A program made the translations under genes and the position numbers. A stretch of 64,000 nt of DNA from Marsupella aquatica. Its lineage: Eukaryota; Plantae; Marchantiophyta. The notes beneath the pieces are model-generated. The model worked only from the letters and a program-made list of their open reading frames with translations, was not told the origin of the DNA and did no database searches. Shown piece after piece: positions 28,001 through 40,045 of this stretch. Position 1 is the stretch's first letter, and each line of letters opens with the position of its first letter. The DNA lies in NCBI GenBank assembly GCA_973895155.1, contig OZ316891.1:12522771-12586770 (forward strand), read 5' to 3'.

Positions 28001-28987
28001 CTCTTTCAGAGCAGCAGTCAAGAGTGAGAACATCTGGTCAAACAGATCGCTTTCTACCTTATGTTCCAGAGAATAGGCGTGAGCAACATTCTTAACACGA
28101 AGATCGAGGGCCGGAAATATGACCTGCAACAAGATTATTATTTACATAGAATCAGCTCCTTCCAACCCAACCAACGAACTACACGATGTACTGCATTCCC
28201 ACTGTAAGCATCTCAGCAATCGAAGACACAACGGAACTCCCAAGCAATGCACAACCGACAGTACTTGCACAGAGGCGGCAAAATAGGTTGAGCTTCTCAG
28301 ACATTACCATTTGATTCACGGAATGGAGGTCCCCTATCAGGTTGTAATTCAACGATCGAATTATAGCCATGGGCACTCATTGTAAACACACTAAAAAGCA
28401 GAACTTTTCAAACCAGAATATCTCGAGATTATCAAAAGGTCCACGCCTCAAGTAACTTCTCAACCCTATTTACTAAATTTGAGGACCAAGGGAAAACGAT
28501 CTAGGATAAATGGTACAATTTGGCACGGATGTGAAGCTACTTCAGCTGATCTATGGGTTTTTACAGGGAATTACTGTTCCATTCATACCCAATTCATTCA
28601 AATTGCCCACCTCATCCCCTGACATTGGGTCACACAGTCTCCTCAGCGATGAAAACACCAGCTCTGAACTTTAGAACGATTTAGCTTCCAGACTGCGAGC
28701 ATGGAAAGGAAACTGCCTACCTCATCTTCTGCTCTGCTGTGATGCTTGTAGATGGCTCGGAGGAAATGGTAGCGATTTAAAAGAGCCGTGATTTCCGCCT
28801 CACTCCCCTGCTCCACAGCCAACGCATCTTGATGCAGTCTCGCCAACTCTGCGCGGATTGCTTTATGGAAAAAGAGAAACTCCACAACTGGAGAAGCGGA
28901 GGGGCACTGAGATCTGTCCGGGATCTCAATCCGAGGTCTAGATGAATCAGCCGGGCGCCACAGAGCAGTCGCTGTTCCCGCAGCCAT
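22041..28987 (-). CDS. BTS: BRUTUS/HRZ-type hemerythrin + CHY/CTCHY/RING/zinc-ribbon E3 ligase, about 13 exons
   Basis: Hemerythrin motifs FFHKAIRAEL..HHSRAEDEVIFPAL, YWHNAIRKEL and FQFHKAIRKDL..AHSNAEDDIVFPAL; CHY zinc finger (GCEHYQRKCKIKAACC); RING CPICHDFLF..CGHFMHSDCF; last exon DILCNDCERKGSAPFHWLYHKCNFCGSYNTRTI* with TGA at 22043-22041. Exon 1 is 28987-28721. Confidence 0.95.
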
Positions 28988-30160
28988 AGCCCAGCAAGAT
29001 CCCCAGCTTTCTTTCCTTCGTCTCTGCCTTCAGTTGCAGAACCGGTAGCTGCTCCCATATCCTTCCAAAACATTCCAAGGCATTGTGCGTAATTTACAGC
29101 AAACCGCCGTGCTACAATCACTCTACCGATCCATCAATCTACTCCAGTTCTGATCACCCTTTCATTTGTTTGCTTTGCAAAGATCAGTTATTCACAGATA
29201 AGTAATCCAAAACAGAAGTCGAGCGACCTGGCGCCAGAAAACAGCTGAAAGAGCACTAAACCGCTACCGATTAATCAATCCGAGGTCTAGACGCATAAAC
29301 CGGGAGCAAAGAAAGTTCACTGTGCCCGCAGCCATACCCCGTCAAGATCCTCATATTTCTTTCGTCCCTTCTCCTTCCCGTCAGTTGCGGAACCGTCAGG
29401 TGCTGTCAAATCCTTCCAAACCATTCCTAGGTCTCAGGAGTATGGGTGCCTGCTACAAGCGCCGTTATTCTTCTTCTACAATCATTCGTCCGATAATCAA
29501 TCCACGCCTCTTCCCCGTCACCCTCCCCAAAATCCAAGCTCTCCTTCAGTCCTTCTGCTGCATTCAATCTACGAACCAATAATCTATCCACCGCTCTTCG
29601 CGCCTCCTCGTCACCCTCCACAAAAGCCAAGCAGGGCCTGACAATCCATGTCTCCCGCAGTGAACATGTTCTCCCTCGCCCCTTTTTGTCTAGCATGGCT
29701 TTGCCATTTTGCCGTGCGGCGAAAAGCACAGTCGATCTTCGATTCGGAGTAGTTTGGCGTTTCGCCCGCAATCCAAAGTCCCTCGCCAGTCCGCCCCCCC
29801 CCCCTCGCCAGTCCCTCTCCACAGCTCTCAGAGAGCTTTGGGCGCGCGCGGACCCCATTCCTCGACTGGGTGCCTCCACGCCCCGGCAGTGTGCTCGGCC
29901 GCACCCGCCACTGGCTATCACCAGTCGCGCACGGGCGCCACGCACGCCACCAGCCGGTGTTCTCAACCCCGCCCACAAGCCTTCCAACCCCGACGCACAC
30001 AACCGGGGTAATGGGTTTGCAATCAGTGTTTTTTTAGTGGCGAAAATTTGCCACATTACACCTCCATTTTTGGCGAAAATTAGTTCGGTATTATTTTTTC
30101 GGTCTCATTAGCCAGTGTTTCACCTAATTCAGGTTTCATTAGCCAGTGTTTCACCTAATT

Positions 30161-30871
30161 ACGGACCCCACTAGAGGTTCCTTCCAAAATTCCTGGCACC
30201 ACAGCGTGCCACATCAGCAACAACCGCAACAAACAAGAATGGTCATGTTTGCGCAAAGAAAAAACTCCTCTCCATCTTGTTTACGTCGCTTTTCGTGTAA
30301 TTTTATGGACGTCATGCCGTCAAAACATAATGTAAAAGTACTTAAAAGTTTATCCAAATCTATTGATACAAAGGGCGAGATTAAAAACATTCACCCATAT
30401 TCTCTTTACTTAAATTTATAAATGTTTTTTTATAAAAGTAAATAGTGTTCAACGTAAATAGTAACCGTATTCCTGTGTAACTGCCGAAATAAAATCGTCA
30501 GAACAAAAGAAGCACATCAACATTTCGAAAGGGAGGAAGGCTTTTGATGAAAGTAATGAAAAGAGGAAAGCTCGAAAGGAGTTTCGCCTCTTGAAGTGCA
30601 AAGTAAAGAGGAATGTTGGAGAAACAAAATCAAAAAAGATCAGAAGCCGAATGAAGAAAGGAAAAATGAGAACTGATCGAGGACAGAAAAGAGGCGCAGC
30701 ACATCTTAATCAGAAACAAATAGATCGAGCAGAAAGAAGGAGAAGCAACGAGAATCGATAAGGACATTGACAAGATCGATAAGGACTGATCAACCTCAAC
30801 TACTCTAGCAGATCACTGAAGCTCAACGTAGTAGTCCACTAATCGAATAAAAACAGGTGGGGGTCCACGAA
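30161..30871 (+). mobile_element. Non-autonomous element family A, copy 2, upstream of BTS
   Basis: Same termini as copy 1; flanked by CTAATT on both sides (30155-30160, 30872-30877); interrupts a local ~31-bp tandem repeat. Confidence 0.8.
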
Positions 30872-32134
30872 CTAATTCAGGTTTCATTAGCCAGAATCTG
30901 ATGGTCATCCTTAAATCTAGGGAGATCTGATAATCAGGAACATAATCAGATAAAGAATATTTTGAACATCTTCTCCTTCTGACACTGGACATTTGTCACT
31001 CTGGCAAAAAGGTAAAAACCTTTAAAATACACTTGTTGCAATCCCTAAATTGCAGCCCAACACGAGGTTGGCAAGGGGTTCATGGCTCCTACCTACCCTT
31101 CCCTAAAGATTTTTGTATTTTGTGGTTTTTCTCTTTATATTTTTGAGAGCATTCAGTTCTTTTGAGAATGATTTTGCAAAACACCATCAACTTAGGAAAT
31201 GTAAAACACACATATAGTGATACCATATAAAACAAACTAATAAACTGTATCAAAGATCAAAAGATTTGCTTGTAATTTCTTTCATGTTTTTGGCCGGTCA
31301 ATTGCATAGTAATCACTTTTGCATGACCTTGTAACTTCTATTTTCTATTTGATAGATTCACTTTTCTTGTGTCTTGCCAGAAAATCACTCAATTTTTTGC
31401 GTACATTAATGTCCTGGTTACATGCATTATATCTCATCATGATCTCTTACCAGGACACTATCCTATTCATAAATATACAAAGTAAAAAGCACACAAGTGA
31501 TTTATGTAATCCATCACTTATTACTGCTCCCTTAGTGTGGCTTTACAATCTTTCGCGGGCAGTAGTTCCTTTTTCTCTATGTATGAGATGCAATCCTAGC
31601 CATCCATATTTGGAAACACATACAGGCCACACTTCAATTTACATGAACTTGGGGGCACAATCAAACAAAACCATTATATAACCTAGTCATCTGTCAGCAG
31701 GCTTCTTGTGAATCCTTTTTTTCTGATGTATGTGTTTTGTCAAAAACTTGGAACTCCTCTTGAGGTGGTCTAAAACATGGAACAAAGGGCCCCTTCTTTT
31801 CAGGGAATTGAATATATATTATTTCCAGATCTGACACATTTTGGCTTGGGTATTTTAACTTTAGTATATGAAAGTGGCCATCAGCTTTACTTTGGATGGA
31901 GAGACATTGAAAGGCCCCCAGTGTCTTGTAAAGCCCCCCTTAGTTATTTGTATGAGGAACTTTTCCAACTGAACGAGGCCATGAAGATGTCAAGATTGTA
32001 ACCCAAAAGTTATTACTGCTCCCATTAGTCATTTGCTTCTTCGAACCTCGGTACTAAACAAGACAATGGAGATATTGAGATGACTCATGGAAGCTGTCAA
32101 GTTCAAAAAAATGACAGCTCAAGCTTTCTATCGT

Positions 32135-32347
32135 TGAATCTCTCACTATGGGTACTAGTGTCCCTCTATGGAACCTTGCCCTCTTTAAGGGCATCCATCT
32201 CCCACTTGCAGATTTTGTTAAACCATAACTGCCCTTCAAAAGAATCTCTCTCACTGTGGGTATTGCTGTCCCTCTATGGAGTCTTGCCTTCTTTAAGGGC
32301 ATCCATCCCACTTGCAGATTTTGTTAAACCACAATTGCCCTTCAAAA
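32135..32347. repeat. ~105-bp tandem duplication adjoining MITE C
   Basis: GAATCTCTCACT.TGGGTA..GTCCCTCTATGGA..CTTTAAGGGCATCCATC..CCACTTGCAGATTTTGTTAAACCA x2. Confidence 0.85.
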
Positions 32348-32501
32348 GCTACAGGTTACCCATAGTTACCATTACCATTAAAAGGAGATTTACCTAAAAG
32401 TATGGAGCAAAAAGACATGCTAGAGGAGAACAATGATTGAAATGTGTAAAAAGGGGGAGGTCTTGGACAGTTCCCCTTATATAGGGCAAGTTGTGGTTTA
32501 A
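32324..32501. mobile_element. Small MITE family C with TTAAACCACAA.T.CCCT TIRs, copy 1
   Basis: TTAAACCACAATTGCCCT ... AGGGCAAGTTGTGGTTTAA; internal sequence shared in reverse with 61315-61459. Confidence 0.7.
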
Positions 32502-32771
32502 GAGATGTGGACCACTAGCTCATCACAATATTGTAATAGTGGTTATTTTTCCTTTTTCTCTTTCTAGGTTTTTGGGGTAAGTTGCATTTGCCTCTTCTTT
32601 ATTGTTAATACCATAATTTTACTTTGTGAACCTTTTTTAATTCCCTTCATCGTACTTTGTTTGGCCCTTCTTGTACATGATGTCCAGTGTTGATACTAAA
32701 CAGGGTCAGCCAAGTGGGTTTTGGCCATAAAGCTTCATTCTACGAGGCAAGGCTTGACTCAACAAGCAGCG

Positions 32772-32881
32772 AGGTCAACCCAGTGGAAATTTTCAAAGTT
32801 GGCAAGACCACCACAAGAATACAGCCAGGTCAACCGAGTGGAAATTTTCAAAGTTGGCAAGTCCACCAAAAGAATACAGCC
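32772..32881. repeat. 55-bp tandem duplication
   Basis: AGGTCAACC.AGTGGAAATTTTCAAAGTTGGCAAG.CCACCA.AAGAATACAGCC x2. Confidence 0.9.
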
Positions 32882-33293
32882 GACTGCCATAATGATGATC
32901 TAGTTTGATGAGGCCTTTCGAATTCACTAATGTGAGTGAGTGATAACTGATGGGGTTTAACAACCTCAATAGCATAGTGTGTAACTTGGTTCATACCAAT
33001 AATCTATCTACAATGCTAAAGAAAGCATCAGCTCACTTGAGTAGGGAAGATGCTCTCCGTCCATATGGCATAAGGCCTACCACATCGCCTACCACATCTG
33101 ATCTCTCTCTCCTACACTCCTATCCCCTTGCCCTCCTCAACAACATTGCTTTCATGACAACAGCACCTCTTTTCAAGATAATATGAAAATGTAAAAGTCA
33201 GGGGACCACAGTGTTGGACAGTGTCCATGAGAGTTTGGGACAATCATGGGTATGAAAATAGCATTAGTTTTGCATATGCAACTAGCGAAGGAG

Positions 33294-33562
33294 ACATTAA
33301 AACAAGCAAAGCCCAAATAGTTCACATCAAAACAAGCAAAGCCCAAATAGTTCACATTAAACACATGAAAATTAACCTAATGGAATTTACCCCTCCACAT
33401 TTCATGCTTCAGGGCTTGATATCGAAAAACTCAACCAAAATGGCCAAAAAGCAAGCCCAAATATTTCACATTAAACACATGAAAATTAACCTAGTGGAAT
33501 TTAACCCTCCATATATTCCATGGCTCCAGGTTTGATGTCGGAAAAGTCAACCAAAATGGCCA
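33294..33562. repeat. Nested 30-bp and ~115-bp tandem duplications
   Basis: AAACAAGCAAAGCCCAAATAGTTCACAT x2; CACATTAAACACATGAAAATTAACCTA..TCAACCAAAATGGCCAA x2. Confidence 0.85.
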
Positions 33563-33980
33563 ACAAAATCACTGTCATTTTGATGGAAGCATAGCTTACC
33601 TACACCTCTGGCATATTTCCAAAACTAAAAAGCTTTTGAATTTATGAATATCAAGTTATTTATTAAAGTTCAACTCGAATTTTGGAAATGGTGATCCATG
33701 GGGGTGTCAAATTAGAGGGACTGTTGATATCATAAAACTGAGGGCATACCAAGCCACATGATGTACTGTTATGCTCTGCATTGGTTATGCACATTACCTT
33801 AGCTAGTCCAGGCCCTTCAGAAACACGTCAGGCAAAGTTCTCCAAGAACCGCCGAGACAGAAATCATTTTATTCACGGAGCACCGACCTAGACAGAGTAA
33901 ACGGAACCATAGTATATGTTCAGAACGTTTAAACACAAAATCGATCTTAGCATCTGACCCTCTGCTATTTTGGACGCTGA

Positions 33981-36900
33981 TTAGAGCATTCTTCCTCGGA
34001 GAATAGCTTCAGCCTTTCTCACTTCCTTGAGGGCTCCGATTACAAAAACCTGCATCCAAACAGACAGTCAGTTCAAGGGATTGCACATTACATCCCTTCA
34101 CGAGCCAGAACTACATCTCCAGTCATTAATGCTTGCCAAACGAAGATTACAGTAGCATTAAAGCAGAACTTGGTACAGCTGCAAAAGCCGTATCACGTCT
34201 TACTTTATCCGGAGGGCCTTTAACGCCACCCGTAAAAATTGCTGCCCTGCATTCGTAAAGAAGATGCACAAATTAAAAACGGCCATGGCCTTCCTGTTCA
34301 ACAGGCTCTGATGAACAGTAAAACATAGGCAAGATTGCGAAAGCGCATGTACATACTTTTGAATAGATGTGACCTAGTAGTTAAGATATTATGAAATGTC
34401 CCCGGATACAGGGCAGACTGTGTGGGGTATATACGGTGGCACCGTGATATATAATGCACCATGATCAGGTAACAGGAGGTTAACATTTTAGTCTTTCGGG
34501 GTTTTGATAAGAAGCTTCCATCCTAGAACAATCATTAACAAGAACTAAGTTCAATACCGGCAGGATATTTGTGCAAAATTGTATCGTATCGGCATGAGTA
34601 TCTGTAGAACATTTTATCAAATATGTAAGGACACAAACAAAGAGGGGACTAGCTGGCTGCTCGGGAACTCAAGAACTTGAAACACCTAAGTTGTGATTTA
34701 GAAAAGATCGGCATGCGTTGCAGGTATATTAAGGTACCTAGAAGGAAGTTGAGAGGTAAAATGCATAGTACTGAGAAAAGGTATTCATGTACGCTTGAGT
34801 ATGTCAGTTGAGTGTGAATGCCACCGTAAGGAACTAACAATATAATGCATGTAGGAGAAGCGCATCAGTGGAAACAGACAAAGAGACTAACCGGCAGGAC
34901 TGTTTGATGGAAAGAATCGAGGATCCCTTCTTGCCAATAATTCGACCCATCAAGCCTGGTGTGACATTTACAACTGCTAATATTTCCTCTCCATGAGCTG
35001 TTTCTTCTCCAATGTTTACGAAGTCTGCATTATTCACTAAATGAACCCAAATGAGCGCTTCAACAAGTTCAAAACCATATAGATACTTGTGGACTCAAAC
35101 TCTCAATGAAAAGGAAAGACATGCTTACGCCCCGACCATTCACCTGATAGAGGAGGAGGTGAGGGCCACCCTGAAAAATCGTCACCAACGTCACAGAAGC
35201 ATCTGCAGTATAGACATCCTCGAACATTGAGCTGCCACAAAGAGTACTTGTCCAGCTTCTTCATCATCTTTTCGTGAATGCAAAGAAGAAACCGAACATC
35301 GTCTGCTGCAACACGCGTCATCATTTCAGTCCAGGGTCTGTGAGTCCAGAATTGTGGATCCTGATCATTGTGAACGGCAAGTTAGCCTCAAGTGTACACA
35401 AAACGACATCGTCTGACTTCAGGCTAAGATTCCAGCTGACCAAACTCGCGTCCAAATCTCAGCTATACACCTGACAACAAGACGTTCAACGTACAACAAG
35501 CTCAACCACACTCCAAAGCAGTTAAACGAAAACCTGACTAACATACATCTCATAACATACATCCCGAATCCTAGGACGACTGTTCTAAGTTTAGGCCTGA
35601 TAAAGCAAGGACAAACAAGACGGTGACAGAAATATCCGTCGCACTATGTGACCTTCAATTTGTGACTCTATGGCCTACGGAACCAGCAAAGACATCTTCA
35701 ATCCTTCATGACGTTCAAAACGACAAAAAAAAGGCACCCTGGTAAACTGTTCTACAGTTGTTCTCAAACCTGTTTCAGAAGACTGCGAACTTCTTCCTTT
35801 TCATCATATACCACACCTGTAAGGAGGTCAACAAGGAATCATGCATGAGATTCTCTTAGAACATTCTCAACAGAATACGCAGTTATCCAGCAAACCCGAA
35901 TCAGGTCACAGCCTAACACATTGCCGATGCCAGAAGCATTTTGCGTAACCCATTGCTCACTACCAAAGGAGGAGCCCGACGTACCACAATAGCCCTCGTG
36001 GGCAAGGAGACCAACGAATGAAATGTAATTATCAGGTGCCCATTTCTTTCCCTGTTGCTCCTCAATCAGAGTGTACGCAATCTGTATTGAAAGCAATGAT
36101 CGCCCATTTACTTCAACGGGTGCCCAGATTACACTTTCAAACAATAAGCCCTTCCCTGAACTCCAATAAAATCCTTGTAAATATCAACAATAAGACATTT
36201 CTCTACGAAGCTTTAGGTATCCAGTCCGTACTAAAATCACAATCACCAGAAAATCCTTGACAGGAACATCAGTCAGACTTCGCGTTCAGGAAAGCACCTC
36301 AACTGTGTCTGCAGGAACCCGAAATATAATAATCAACTAGGTTGCTGAGGATGTTATCGTACCTGAGTGTCAAACACATTGTGCAGCTTTATGCCATATT
36401 GGAAGTACAAGGCCTGCAACCCCAACATAAAAACCGTCATCGAATCTGCCATGATTGCCTGCTGGCATGTTTGGTGACAAACCACTATTTTCAGGTCAGC
36501 ACTTTTTTTTGGTCGACAATCGAGCCAAGAGAGGACACTGTTGAACATTATCATATCCAGAACCCAAAATGATGGGACACCTGGAACACAGAGCATACCT
36601 CACTATCCCGCTTGCAATCATGAACCACCTTTGTGATGATTGGGGATTCAAGAGCAGGCTTGCATGCCTGCATCAGAGTACTGCCCCCTTCAACGGCATC
36701 CACCAGATACACTGCATCTTCAAACGCTAGCTGAAAAGCCACAGCAAAGTTCAGCTGTAAGAGATAATTACAACCTTGTGACGACTGAAGACCAATCTTA
36801 AATTACAAACCACAAGGTAGCGTACAAGAGATGCAGCCCAAGTCCTGACTTGCAAGGGATCGGTGCCAATATTTCAGTGCGCTGCAGCAGCCTCTACTAG

Positions 36901-39034
36901 TTCCACGGTTGGGGACTGCTTGTAATTCCCTTGATGAGCGTCCACAGTTTCTCGTGGGTTTCTATTGCTAATTGAGAGAGTTGCTTAGTTTGACCGACCA
37001 GCGTATCCCTTTGCCAGAAAGATTACCAGCCCCTCCAGGAAAACCCACCCGAGGCTGGCAAATTTCTGTGATGCCAAGGTGTTTACATCCTTCAATTTCA
37101 CGTACTGACCAAGTCCTCAACAAAATCAATATCGAGATCGAAAACTGATTCTCTCCAACGCGACACCCTGAGGAAGCACATCTCTATTATCGATCCCATC
37201 AGCAACAGCAGCATTTGTATATACCTGCATAATGCACAAGCGGCCATAGCGTGCCAAATTGACTCCTTCACAATCGAAGCCGATTGTCAAGGGCTGGTTT
37301 TCGTCCGGCTTCAGGAAAGCCGCAGGAAGTTGTGATGCCTCAGTGACAATTTGAACAGGTACTGGAACCAGCCATTTCTCTATTTCCGCAGAGCTACTGC
37401 GACTCCTGCAACCTGCCAGAGAAACATCAGCAAGAAGCGATAAGTTGCTCGGAAAAGACAACCAGCGAGGATTACAGTCGAGGCGCACAATGGCAACAAA
37501 TTCCTGACCTGAGAATTGGAAGACTGAACCAAATTTTCAGTCCTGCAGTACTGATCGTTCCATTTCTCATTAAACGTGGAGCAACACTGAACGACGAGGA
37601 CCGGAAGGACACCAGAGAATGAAGAACCCACACGTACGGGTTAGGGTTCAGATTTAATGTGTAGTGCGCAACTTCAAATTTATAAAATGGGCGTATTACG
37701 CGAGTCGGCAGCAACGCACGAGCGAAATAAATGAAACAGCAGATAAGACGAGCGCGGCTCCACATAATTCGAATACTTCAATTGAGCAGGCGAGTACAAA
37801 ATCCATTCCGACCATTTCAAAGCTTTAGACCTATCAAGTTTGAGATTTCAAGTTTTCTTAGACACGTGAAGGAATCGTCAACAATGAAAGTAATCTGCAC
37901 ATGATGATCCAAATCTCCGTGCTTTACAAAACGGCCCATAAGCTCCTGGCTGAGTGAAAGACATTTTTGGTCATTTACGCTCATGATCTAAGATCATAAA
38001 AATCCCGACTGTATTGACTGATCCAGCATTGACTACACTTTGCAATTCGAAGAACAAATCAACCGAGGAATAGCCAAGGTGAAGCTATGTGGCAAATTTC
38101 CAGGTGAAGGTCAGGTTAATGGCTAATACGCGGCGACTTGAAGTCAACAGTCCTTTCTTCTGGCAAATGGATAGCCTAGTTATACTGTTACATCCAAAAC
38201 CCGATACTTCGACTGCATCCATTTGTCAGCAACGCAGACTTACTGGCGGTCAAAGAATTTTGCTGCTCAAATGAAAGACACTCCGGTTTCAAAAAAAAAT
38301 TCGCCGTGTCGCAGCTTCGTAACAATATTCGATTCATAGATCGTCGTGCACAAATTTCGAGGAGCCAGTTTATGAACGTTAAACCTAGTCACTGCACGAC
38401 CTTAGAAAATAGAAATAGCGTGCACCACAGATCCATTGAAGGCTCGGCCAAGTTCCCACTCCAGTCAATCCTGACGGTGGTACTAGACATATACTATCGT
38501 CAAGTGTGAGCAGATACAACTAGCTCGTCCACGCTCACAGAATTCAAGTCGGAAGCTGTCTAGAAGGGTCCAATTACTCTGCACTCAAGCTAATTGGGGC
38601 TCAGTTTACTCAATCTCAAAAAGCCAATACCCCCCTAAAAAAGAGGAGACGCGAATACGCAACGCAATCTGCATTAAAATGACTTCGAGGGAGAATCACA
38701 ACAGCTCAGCACAGCAGGCAGACAAAAACGGAAGTGCAAATGGTGGAACCTCACAGAGACCAGGTCGGAAGTTGTCTGAAGGGATCCAATTAGTCCACAG
38801 CCAAGCTAATTGGATATGACACAGTCTCGCAGGAAAACCCGATAACCCCAAATCAGAGCAGCAGAGGCGAATATGCAATGCAACCTGCACCATCAAGAAC
38901 AGCCGGCAAGAAAAACAGAAGCGCGAAAGTTGAACCTCACCAGGAACTGGAGCGCTGGTCGCAGCGGGAGGGGATGCTGCAGGAATGCTGAGCGGGGTCC
39001 AGCTCGAGAAGCAGACGGGGATGGAGTCCGCCAT
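33981..39034 (-). CDS. 3'-5' exonuclease (DEDD, EXD1-like) with C-terminal KH domain, multi-exon
   Basis: Exon 1 39034-38941 (MADSIPV..PG, phase 1) splices to 37412-37225 (IGFDCEG, ExoI). Later exons give VHDCKRDSE (ExoII), NVFDTQ, AADDVRFL (ExoIII) and KH GRIIGKKG. Last exon VFVIGALKEVRKAEAILRGRML* ends at 33981. An alternative in-frame ATG lies near 39061. Confidence 0.9.
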
Positions 39035-39266
39035 CGTCGTGCCGACATTCAATTCATGCATTCGGTGCTCTCGAGAACGGGATGTAAAAGGGATCGCCAC
39101 GAGAAGAAAATCGGGCGATCGGTGGGTGCTAGCTTTATGAAGACGTTGCCGTTCTTTGCGTGCTTCTTACAAGGTGTGACAATTTGTTACGCTTTCCATT
39201 CATTTACACAAGGTAGAGTCCTACCCTCTCTAAGTGCAGGGCCTCTACAGCAGAAGAAGCCCCAGG

Positions 39267-40045
39267 GTGTGCTTATAGAGGGTGCGAGGCGTTGGTTATT
39301 TCTGGGCACCCCTTCTGAGAGCACTCCCACCAGTGCAACAACTAAATTGTATCCTGCTAATAATGTAGCCACCAATAGTAGTGCATGTGGAGCGCTTATA
39401 GAGGGTGTGAGCAGTTTGCTATTTCTGGGCACCCAACAAGGTTCTGAGAGCACTCTTACCAGTGCAACAACTATATTGTATCTTGCGAATAATGGAGCCA
39501 CCAATAGTGGTGCATGTGGAGAGTTTATAGATGGTGTATAGATGGTGCGAGCCGTTTGTTATTTCTAGGCAGCCCACAAGGTTCTCAGAGCACTCCCACA
39601 AATGCAATAACTATATTGCATCTTGCGAATAATGGAGACACCAATAGTGGTGCATGTGGAGAGTCTATGGAGGGGTGTGAGAGATTTGTTATTTCTGGGC
39701 ACCCCACAAGTTTATAAGAGCACTCCCCAGTGAGTGCACCAACTAAATCTTATCTTGCAAATAATGTAGCCACCAATAGTGGTGCATGTGGAGTGTTTAT
39801 AGAGGGTGTGAGCAGTTTGTTATATCTGGCACCCCACAAGTTTCTAAGAGCACTCCCCTAGTGCAACAACTATATTGAATCTTGCAAATAATATAACCAC
39901 CAATAGTCGTGCATGTGGAGTGTTTATAGAGGGTGTGAGCCGTTTGTTATTTCTGGGCACCCCACAAGTTTCTAAGAGCACTCCCACCAGTGCAACAACT
40001 AAATTGTATCTTGCTAATGTAGCCACCAACAGTGGTGCATGTGGA
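39267..40045. repeat. ~128-bp tandem repeat, 6 copies, upstream of the exonuclease-KH gene
   Basis: Unit GTGTTTATAGAGGGTGTGAG..TTATTTCTGGGCACCCCACAAG..AGAGCACTCCCACCAGTGCAACAACTA..CCACCAATAGTGGTGCATGTGGA. Confidence 0.95.

Noticed and set aside
29427-30111. Several overlapping 100-209 aa ORFs
   Set aside because: GC-rich BTS leader/promoter where stops are scarce; low-complexity translations.
20400-33900. IMA/FEP iron peptide gene near BTS
   Set aside because: No Asp-rich ORF ending in the YAPAA-type motif was noticed; ORFs under 60 aa were not exhaustively checked.
37898-37956. C/D-box snoRNA-like pattern CAC-ATGATGA...CTGA-GTG
   Set aside because: Only ~59 nt, antisense to the host intron, with no recognisable rRNA guide or C'/D' boxes; probably chance.
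39267-40045. CRISPR-like array, or the 222-aa repeat ORF 38873-39541
   Set aside because: Units are homologous along their whole length with no unique spacers, the context is eukaryotic, and frames break between units.
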